Assembly (NCBI GenBank): GCA_044359565.1
Contig: JBIKLX010000001.1
Location: 944-64,943, forward strand
Length of the DNA: 64,000 nt
From: Ilumatobacteraceae bacterium
GTDB lineage: Bacteria > Actinomycetota > Acidimicrobiia > Acidimicrobiales > Ilumatobacteraceae
Reading direction: 5' to 3'
In this document: piece by piece, positions 19,769 to 27,088 of the stretch
How the letters are laid out: each line of letters opens with the position of its first letter
Numbering within the stretch: position 1 is the first letter of the stretch
Notes under the pieces: model-generated
Told to the model about the DNA's origin: nothing
The model's input: the letters and a program-made list of their open reading frames with translations, nothing else
Database searches by the model: none
Position numbers and translations under genes: made by a program

Positions 19769-21943
19769 TCAGCTGCTGACACCGTCCAACCCGTCGAGGG
19801 CCCGGGCGACCACGGTGCCACGTTCCGGCGAGGTGGCGAGCGCCGATGCGGCTTCGGTGAGCTGCTGGGGCAGCACGCTGGCAACTGCACCGAGCACGTC
19901 CTCGATGTTGTCGGTGGCGATGCCAGGACCGACGGCCAGACTGCGCGTCGGTGCCACCGGTTCGAGACTGTCGAGCACGAGGGCCGCCAACATCTGGTCG
20001 GCCGCGTCGCCGTAGGTGCCGTCGAGCAGGCGTTCGAGCGGATCGCCGACCTCGAGCTGCCCTGCCTCTGCCAGCCGCAGCCGGGCATCGAGCGCGGCGA
20101 AGAATCCACCTCGCGCGCTCACCTGGGCCATGTACACCGCGAGTTGCGGTTGGAGGCCGAAACGCTCGACGAGGGCACCGGCCAGTTCCTGGTTGCCGTC
20201 GGCAGGTCCGCCGGCGAGGGCGCACACCACGAAGGCCAACTCGTCGACACCGACGGCCGAGACGATGTGGCGGGCGATGCGGGGGTCGCCCGCCTTCACC
20301 GCCATCGACGCCGCCCACCAGGTCGACTCCTGCTTGGTCGGCTCGCGCATCGCAGCGAGCTGGCGGAACGCGAGATCGTGGTCGCCCACCAGCGCGGCCA
20401 TGAACACATGGAGCGACCGAACTTCATCGGGCGAGGCGACGAAGTTGTAGTACTGCACCGACTCGAGACCAGCGAGCATCTCGAGTGCCACATCGGGTTC
20501 GCCGAGCGACGTCGCCAACACCCATCGCGCCGCACCGCGGGCAGCAGGGTCCTGATGCCCCTCGGCGATGGGCCGCAGCAGCGCTTGCACGTTCATCGTC
20601 CGGTCGGTGTCGCACCAGAGACATGCGGTCAGCAACGTCGACAGCACGAATGCCGGCCCTTCGGTGTGCTCCGCGATCACCTGCGAGAAGACGTCGAGCG
20701 CCTCTTCGACCTGCCCTGCGAACTGCAGTGCTCGTCCGTACTCGTACAGATCGAGGCCATTGCTCGCCGAACCATCGGACTCCGCGAGCCGCTTCTCGGC
20801 GATCCGGAGGTTGCGCTCCGACCGCTTCTCGGTCTGCAGCGAGTAGCCCCAGTGGACCACAGCGATCTGTTCGAAACGCAGCTCGTCGGGAAGCACGCCG
20901 TCGGGCCGCATCACGACCTCGTGGATGCGGTTGCGCCAGTGCATGTGCCGGGGGAAGACCCGCCGCTGGATCATTCCGGCGAGGATCATGCCCGACACCT
21001 CGTTGTGCACGCTCTTCACGGGCAGCGACACCACCATGTCGGTAGGCGCACCGCGGAGCAGTTCGCGCAACTCGGCGACCTGCTCGGGCGTGGCCTCCAC
21101 CGTGTCGTCGGCGTCGACGACGAAGTTCCAGTCGCCGCGCATCATGGCCCACGCCTCGTTGCGGGCCCGGCCGAAGTCGTCGTCCCAGTAGCCGAGGCGA
21201 ACTGCGGCACCCATGGCCCGGGCCAGTTCGACGGTGTCGTCGGTCGAGCCGGTGTCGTACACCACCACCTCATCGGCCACCAGTTGGGCAGCGGCGACAG
21301 CACTCTCGATCCGGGCTGCCTCGTTCTTCACGATCATCGTCGCGCTGATGAACGGCACGTCGCGGTGGTGGCACCACACGGTCGCCACCACATCGGCGCA
21401 CTCGCCCAGATCGCCCACGTGCACGGGCCGGGTCCGGATGCGGCTCGCATCGGCCAATGCAAACACTGCAGGCAGCGGGAACGACGCATCGACGGAGTGC
21501 TCGCTCGGCCGACCGGCGATCGCCGCGGCATGGGCCTCGAGCTCGTTGGCATCGGCGGCGCCGCGTGGTGGGTAGAAACCGCACATGGGCCAGATGCCGA
21601 TGTTCGACGACGGCACCGCCACGTCGCTGCCGGCCAGCACTGCGCCTGCGAGTGCCGCCACACCGGCGGGTGACAGGTGGACGAAACGGTCGGCGTCGAT
21701 ACAGACGGCCGGGCCCACCGGGAGATCCTGCCAGGACGCCACCTCGGTCATCGCGATCACCCCGAGGAGGCCGTATACCTGCCTGCGCGCCTCATCGCTG
21801 CCGACGAGTACGACACCGACACCGACTCCGACACCGACTCCGACACTGGTACGCGTCGACGCCCGCCCACCCGCCTCCAGGTCGGTCGGCACACCGAGTG
21901 TGGCGGTGGTCGTACGGTCGTCGCTCGTGGCGGGGTGGTTCAT
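19769..21943 (-). CDS. Multidomain family-2 glycosyltransferase. It has an unrecognised N-terminal region of about 230 aa, a GT2 core and a long helical (TPR-like) C-terminus.
   Basis: I trimmed the start to the ATG at 21943, which is preceded by GAGAGGAG. The GT2 core shows SATMIVKNEAARIE, VVVYDTGSTDDT and FVVDADD. The C-terminal half consists of helical repeats. Confidence 0.8.
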   Translation of the reverse strand: MNHPATSDDRTTTATLGVPTDLEAGGRASTRTSVGVGVGVGVGVVLVGSDEARRQVYGLLGVIAMTEVASWQDLPVGPAVCIDADRFVHLSPAGVAALAGAVLAGSDVAVPSSNIGIWPMCGFYPPRGAADANELEAHAAAIAGRPSEHSVDASFPLPAVFALADASRIRTRPVHVGDLGECADVVATVWCHHRDVPFISATMIVKNEAARIESAVAAAQLVADEVVVYDTGSTDDTVELARAMGAAVRLGYWDDDFGRARNEAWAMMRGDWNFVVDADDTVEATPEQVAELRELLRGAPTDMVVSLPVKSVHNEVSGMILAGMIQRRVFPRHMHWRNRIHEVVMRPDGVLPDELRFEQIAVVHWGYSLQTEKRSERNLRIAEKRLAESDGSASNGLDLYEYGRALQFAGQVEEALDVFSQVIAEHTEGPAFVLSTLLTACLWCDTDRTMNVQALLRPIAEGHQDPAARGAARWVLATSLGEPDVALEMLAGLESVQYYNFVASPDEVRSLHVFMAALVGDHDLAFRQLAAMREPTKQESTWWAASMAVKAGDPRIARHIVSAVGVDELAFVVCALAGGPADGNQELAGALVERFGLQPQLAVYMAQVSARGGFFAALDARLRLAEAGQLEVGDPLERLLDGTYGDAADQMLAALVLDSLEPVAPTRSLAVGPGIATDNIEDVLGAVASVLPQQLTEAASALATSPERGTVVARALDGLDGVSS
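21811..21846. repeat. Six tandem 6-bp units (gacacc/gactcc) inside the GT2 gene, encoding (GV)n
   Basis: Read directly from the sequence: gacaccgacaccgactccgacaccgactccgacact. On the coding strand this gives SVGVGVGVGVGV. Confidence 0.85.
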
Positions 21944-22046
21944 GAGGACTCCTCTCGCCGGTGATCGTTCAGGAAACCCCGAGTTCGGCAAGCACTTTCT
22001 CGGCGGCGTGTTTGTGCCCTCGTGTACTGCCAGACTGAACGGCCCC

Positions 22047-23798
22047 ATGTCGTCGTCCGAACCGCTCCGCGCCCCGGCCCAGCCCGGCCTGCACGAGCAC
22101 CCGACGGTGCGTCTGCGCCACTGGCAGCGGGCTGCATTCGACCTGTTCAGCACCCATGAGCGGCCCGATTTCCTGGCCGTTGCCACGCCCGGCGCCGGCA
22201 AGACCACGTTCGCTCTCACCTGCGCCCGCTGGGCGCTCGCCCAGCAGCGGCGGCGCCTCATCGTGGTGGCCCCGACCAGCCACCTGAAGATGCAGTGGGC
22301 CCTCGCCGCCCACCGCCTCGGGCTGGAACTCGACCCCGACTGGTCGCCCGCCGGCGGCCTGGCCCGCGACGTGCACGGTCTGGTCACCACCTATCAGCAC
22401 CTCGCCACGGCCGGCACAGCCAAGGCGCTGCGCGGCCTCGCCCACGACGCATTCGTCATCCTCGACGAGATCCACCACGCCGGCGACGAACGCGCCTGGG
22501 GCGACTCGGTGCGCCATGCCTTCGACACCGCCCACCGCCGCCTGTGCCTGTCGGGCACACCCTTCCGCAGCGACACCGCCTCCATCCCCTTCGTCGAGTA
22601 CCAGGTCACCGCCGAGGGCGACGCGGCCTTCAGCCACTACACCTACGGCTACGCCGACGCCCTCCGCGACGGAGGCGTGGTGCGACCGGTCTACTTCCCG
22701 CGCTTCGACGGGGTGATGGAGTGGAGTGCCCCCGACGGCAGCGTCGTGAGCGCCGACTTCCACGACGAACTGGCCCGCGATGGCATGTCGCAGCGGCTAC
22801 GCACGGCGCTCAGCCTCGACGGCGACTGGCTGGCAGCCGTGCTGCGCCAGGCCCACGAGCGGTTGATGTTGCTGCGCACGATGCCGAACGGGCAGCCCGA
22901 CGCAGGCGGCCTCGTCATCGCCATGGACCAGGCCCATGCCCACGGCATCGCTGCGCTCATCCGTCGCCATTTCGGTGTGCCCGCCGAGGTGGTGGTGAGC
23001 GACGACCCCACCGCCTCCGACCGCATCGCCCGCTTCGCCACATCCGACGCCCCCTGGCTGGTGGCCGTGCGGATGGTGAGTGAAGGGGTCGACATCCCGC
23101 GCCTACGCGTGGGTGTGTACGCCACAACGGTGACGACCGAGTTGTTCTTCCGCCAGGCAGTGGGCCGGTTCGTGCGCTGGCAGACCGACCGCGGCTCGCA
23201 GAAGGCCTATGTGTTCTTGCCCGACGACCCGCGCCTGCGTACCCACGCCTTCCAGATCGCCGAGGCGCGACGCCACGTGCTTCGCCCGCCGGTGCCCAAC
23301 GACGACGACCCCGAGGGCCCCGACCGGGCCGACGACCTCACCGGCGGCGTCGAGGCCTTCGAACCCGAGCAGCTGTCGCTGTTCTCGGTGCTCAGCTCGG
23401 TGGCGACAGGCATGCGCATCAGTGCCGTCACCCCCGATGGCATCGCCTACGACGACGAACCCGAGCAGTTGGCCACCGCCGACGCCGACCCCGAACTCGA
23501 CGGCCTGCTCGACCTACTGCTGCCCGACATCCCCACCGACGCCGGCTGGTCGCGCGACCTCGGCCGCAGCGTGGCCGAGGTGAAACAAGACCTTCGGGCC
23601 CGCAACGCAGCCGTCGCGCAGCGACTCGTCGACCTCACCGGTCTGTCGCACGGCAAGGTGAACGCCGAGATGAACCGGCTCGCGAACGTGGCAGCCGTGG
23701 GCGCCGCCACGACCGACCAACTCGACCGACGGCTGCGCCAGGCCGAGGCCTGGCTTGGCCGCATCCGCGGCCGCGGCCCGTCGGACCGGCCACGGTAG
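22047..23798 (+). CDS. Superfamily-2 DEAD/DEAH-box helicase (ResIII/SSL2-like)
   Basis: I trimmed the start to the ATG at 22047 (MSSSEPL). Motif I is ATPGAGKTT, motif II is ILDEIHHAG, and LSGTPFRSD is present. Confidence 0.85.
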   Translation: MSSSEPLRAPAQPGLHEHPTVRLRHWQRAAFDLFSTHERPDFLAVATPGAGKTTFALTCARWALAQQRRRLIVVAPTSHLKMQWALAAHRLGLELDPDWSPAGGLARDVHGLVTTYQHLATAGTAKALRGLAHDAFVILDEIHHAGDERAWGDSVRHAFDTAHRRLCLSGTPFRSDTASIPFVEYQVTAEGDAAFSHYTYGYADALRDGGVVRPVYFPRFDGVMEWSAPDGSVVSADFHDELARDGMSQRLRTALSLDGDWLAAVLRQAHERLMLLRTMPNGQPDAGGLVIAMDQAHAHGIAALIRRHFGVPAEVVVSDDPTASDRIARFATSDAPWLVAVRMVSEGVDIPRLRVGVYATTVTTELFFRQAVGRFVRWQTDRGSQKAYVFLPDDPRLRTHAFQIAEARRHVLRPPVPNDDDPEGPDRADDLTGGVEAFEPEQLSLFSVLSSVATGMRISAVTPDGIAYDDEPEQLATADADPELDGLLDLLLPDIPTDAGWSRDLGRSVAEVKQDLRARNAAVAQRLVDLTGLSHGKVNAEMNRLANVAAVGAATTDQLDRRLRQAEAWLGRIRGRGPSDRPR

Positions 23799-23808
23799 CC
23801 TGGGGCCC

Positions 23809-24471
23809 ATGCCGGCCTCCGGAGAACACCACCCTGCGTTCGAGGAGTACTGCGAGTGCATCTTCGAACTGCACGAAGACGATGTCGACGTCATCAACGC
23901 GCGCATCGCCGATCGCCTGCAGGTGAGCCGGCAGGCCGTCGGTGAGATGATCCGTCGGCTCGAGGCCGAGCAGCTCGTCTCCACGGCCGACGGCTCCATC
24001 GTGCTCACCGACCGCGGTCTCGTGCTGGCCCAACGGGTCGTCCGCCGCCACCGTCTTGCCGAACGATTCCTCACCGACATGCTCGGGCTGTCGTGGGCCG
24101 AGGCCCACCACGAGGCCGGCAAGTGGGAGCACATCATGAGCGACTCGGTCGAGCAGGCGATGGACCGGGTGCTCGGCAGCCCCACCACCTGTCCGCACGG
24201 TAACCCCATTCCTGGGTCCCCCTACGACGCGCCCGCCTCGCGGCCGCTCAGCACCATCGCCGTCGGGCAGCGGTTCGTCGTGAACCGCATCCCCGAGGAA
24301 CTCGAGTTCACCCCCGGCCTGCTCGAGTTCCTCGAGCAGTCGAGCATCACCCCGGGCAACGACGGGGTGCTCGCTGCGGCATCGCCCGACGGCACGCTCA
24401 CCGTGTCGATGAACGGCGCCACCATCGGCCTCAGCGCCTTCGCCAGCGCCCGCATCCTGGTCACCGCCTGA
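23809..24471 (+). CDS. DtxR-family metal-dependent transcriptional regulator (IdeR/MntR-like) with a C-terminal SH3/FeoA-like domain
   Basis: Motifs RIADRLQVSRQAVGEMIRRLE, RRHRLAERFL and CPHGNPIP are present. I trimmed the start to the ATG at 23809. Confidence 0.9.
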   Translation: MPASGEHHPAFEEYCECIFELHEDDVDVINARIADRLQVSRQAVGEMIRRLEAEQLVSTADGSIVLTDRGLVLAQRVVRRHRLAERFLTDMLGLSWAEAHHEAGKWEHIMSDSVEQAMDRVLGSPTTCPHGNPIPGSPYDAPASRPLSTIAVGQRFVVNRIPEELEFTPGLLEFLEQSSITPGNDGVLAAASPDGTLTVSMNGATIGLSAFASARILVTA

Positions 24472-24884
24472 TGCCGCCCGCTGGTCGAGTCGGGCTCGTC
24501 GCCGTGCTCGGTGTCGCCGTACTCGGTCTCGGCGCCTGCGCGGCCACCACCTACGACTCCGAACTCGTCGCCACCACCACCATCGCGGTCACCACCACCG
24601 TGCCCACCGGCACCGCAGTCGATCTGCTGCCCCGCATGGTGGTCGAGGGGCAGAGCGTCGGAGGCCTGATGGTCGACGGTGGCGACGCCAGAGCAGCGGT
24701 CGAGCGCCTCACGGCCCTCTGGAATGCGGTCCGCGACGAGGTGGCGGCCAGCCGACCCGATCTGATCGACGGCTTCGACCAGCAGGTCGACCGGTTCCAG
24801 CGCGCGGTGCAGTTCAAGCGCGCTGCCGACGCCGACAAGTCGGCACGCAACCTCGTCGTGCTGGTCGACGCCTACCTGGGTTGA
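24471..24884 (+). CDS. Hypothetical lipoprotein, translationally coupled to the DtxR-family gene
   Basis: The ATG overlaps the regulator's stop (TGATG). The signal peptide carries a lipobox (VLGLGAC). The helical C-terminus reads LTALWNAVRDEV...FQRAVQFKRAAD. Confidence 0.55.
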   Translation: MPPAGRVGLVAVLGVAVLGLGACAATTYDSELVATTTIAVTTTVPTGTAVDLLPRMVVEGQSVGGLMVDGGDARAAVERLTALWNAVRDEVAASRPDLIDGFDQQVDRFQRAVQFKRAADADKSARNLVVLVDAYLG

Positions 24885-24891
24885 TCGGCGC

Positions 24892-27039
24892 TCAGCGCAT
24901 CGACGGAGGCAGTGCCTCGGCGTGCACGACGGTGAGGCGGCGCGTGCTGCGGGTGAGGGCGACGTAGAGCGCCCGGAGGCCCTGCGACTCGGCATGAACG
25001 ATGGCTGCCGGCTCGACCACCACCACGCCGTCGAGTTCGAGACCCTTCACCACGCTGACCGGCACCACCGTGGTGCCGACGTTCAGACCCTGGCGCGTGG
25101 CCCTGCCGTGTTCGATGCCCGCCAGTTCGAGCGCGGCCGACACGTCGTCGACCATGGCGTCGGGCACGACCACCGCGATGCTGCCCCCGGGCAGCGCCGA
25201 TACCAGGTCGGCGGTGGCCGTCGCCACAGCAGCGAACAGGTCGGCCGACTGCTCGACGGCCACGAACTCGGGCCGCTCGTCGCCGGCGCGCACGCTGATA
25301 GGTGCCCGCAGCGACGGCGTGGCAGCCATCATCACGCGGTTGGCCAGTTCCATGATGAGGTCGGGAATGCGATAGCCGACGCTGAGGCCAATGACCCGCG
25401 ACGGGCGGTTGTCGGGCAGGTGGGCCAGCACCTCGTCCCAGCTGTCGGGTGCCAGCGCACCAGTGGCCTGGGCGATGTCGCCCACCACGGTCATGCTGCC
25501 GTTCAACGACCGACGCGAGGCCATCCGCAGTTGCATCGGGGTGAGGTCTTGCACCTCGTCGATGACGATATGGCCGTACGTACGGATCTCATCGGGGTCG
25601 GCCCCCTCGCCCGACACCGCGCTCCGGCGCACGGGGCGGGGCCCGAGGTAGTTGCGGGCCTCGTCGAGCAACGCGACGTCGTGCTCGCTCCAGCGCACCT
25701 CGGCGACTTCGGCCGAGCGGGGCCGGTGGAGCGACAGGTATTCGGCCTCACCGAGCACCGTCGACGCAGCGAGCTTCAGCAACGCCTTCGATCCGAACAG
25801 GTCGTGCAGCAACTCTGCGGGCGTGAGCACCGGCCACATGCGTTCGAGGGCTTCACGCACCTCGGGCAGCGACCGCACGGTGTCCTTCACCGACGCCGGA
25901 TCGGCCGAACCGTCGCGCCAGGTGGCCGCCATTGCCGCCCACACCTCGCCCTCCAGCCACTTGCGCGCTGCGTTGTGACGACGGAATCGACGCTGTGCGG
26001 CACGCACGATGCGCGCCGACTCGTCGGCCCGCAGCCGCACATACCCGGACCGGAAGGGCACCACCAGGTCGGCCCGCAACGGCCGCTCGCGGTCGGTGAC
26101 CGCCTTGTCGATGACATCGGCCATGCGGATGTCGCCCTTCACCCGGGCCGTGAGCGCCGACTCGGTCGGGTCGACGCCGAAGCGGGCCCATTCGACGTCG
26201 GGCACGAGATCGGCGAGCACCACCTGCTCGACACCGGCCTCACCCAGCGACGGCAGCACCCGCTCGATGTAACGAAGGAACACCCGGTTCGGGCCGATGA
26301 CGAGCACGCCCTGGTCCTCGAGCGGGAAGCGGAACGTGTACAGGAGGTAGGCAGCGCGGTGCAGCGCGACGACGGTTTTGCCGGTTCCCGGGCCGCCCTG
26401 CACCACCAGCACCCCGGCCTGCGGGCTGCGGATGATCTCGTCCTGTTCGCCCTGGATGGTGGCGACGATGTCGCCGAGCTGGCCGGTACGGCCGCGGTTC
26501 AGCGCAGTGAGCAGCGTGGAGTAGCCGCGCAGGTTGCCGGGCGCCACCGGGCTGGCGAGGCCTTCGTCGCCCACCACGCCGAGGTGGCCCTCACCGAACA
26601 TTTCGTCCTCGAGCCCCAGCAGGCGGCGGCCCTCGACCGCGAAATGACGGCGCCGCACCAGGCCCATCGGCTGGCGCCCGGTGGCGCGGTAGAACGGTTC
26701 GGCGACGGGCGCTCGCCAGTCGACCACCACGGGCTCGCTCTCGGCATCGGCCACCGCGAGGCGGCCGATGTGGAAGCTCTCGACACCCTCGGGATCCTCG
26801 GCCAACCGATCGATACGACCGAACACCAGCGCCGCGTCGCCCAGATCGAGCGTGGTGAGCCGATTGAGCAGTGCTTCGTCGAACACGTCGCGTTCGTAGC
26901 GTGCCTGGAAGGTGCCACCGAGGGTGGCTTCGCTCAGCTCACGGAGCTTCCAGGCGTCGGTTCGACTCTGTTCGAGGCAGTGGTAGGCGTGATCGATGTA
27001 CGCCTGCTCAGCCGCCAGATCGGGGTGCTGCTGCGTCAT
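24892..27039 (-). CDS. helD: HelD-type UvrD-like helicase (helicase IV family; RNA polymerase-associated)
   Basis: I trimmed the start to the ATG at 27039 (MTQQHPDLAAEQAYIDHAY). Walker A is VVQGGPGTGKTVVALHRAAYLLY. The N-terminal HelD-like region includes FHIGRLAV. Confidence 0.85.
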   Translation of the reverse strand: MTQQHPDLAAEQAYIDHAYHCLEQSRTDAWKLRELSEATLGGTFQARYERDVFDEALLNRLTTLDLGDAALVFGRIDRLAEDPEGVESFHIGRLAVADAESEPVVVDWRAPVAEPFYRATGRQPMGLVRRRHFAVEGRRLLGLEDEMFGEGHLGVVGDEGLASPVAPGNLRGYSTLLTALNRGRTGQLGDIVATIQGEQDEIIRSPQAGVLVVQGGPGTGKTVVALHRAAYLLYTFRFPLEDQGVLVIGPNRVFLRYIERVLPSLGEAGVEQVVLADLVPDVEWARFGVDPTESALTARVKGDIRMADVIDKAVTDRERPLRADLVVPFRSGYVRLRADESARIVRAAQRRFRRHNAARKWLEGEVWAAMAATWRDGSADPASVKDTVRSLPEVREALERMWPVLTPAELLHDLFGSKALLKLAASTVLGEAEYLSLHRPRSAEVAEVRWSEHDVALLDEARNYLGPRPVRRSAVSGEGADPDEIRTYGHIVIDEVQDLTPMQLRMASRRSLNGSMTVVGDIAQATGALAPDSWDEVLAHLPDNRPSRVIGLSVGYRIPDLIMELANRVMMAATPSLRAPISVRAGDERPEFVAVEQSADLFAAVATATADLVSALPGGSIAVVVPDAMVDDVSAALELAGIEHGRATRQGLNVGTTVVPVSVVKGLELDGVVVVEPAAIVHAESQGLRALYVALTRSTRRLTVVHAEALPPSMR

Positions 27040-27088
27040 GGGTCTGACGAGCCTACCGGCGCCGTCCGGCGGGCGGACGGGCGAGCGA

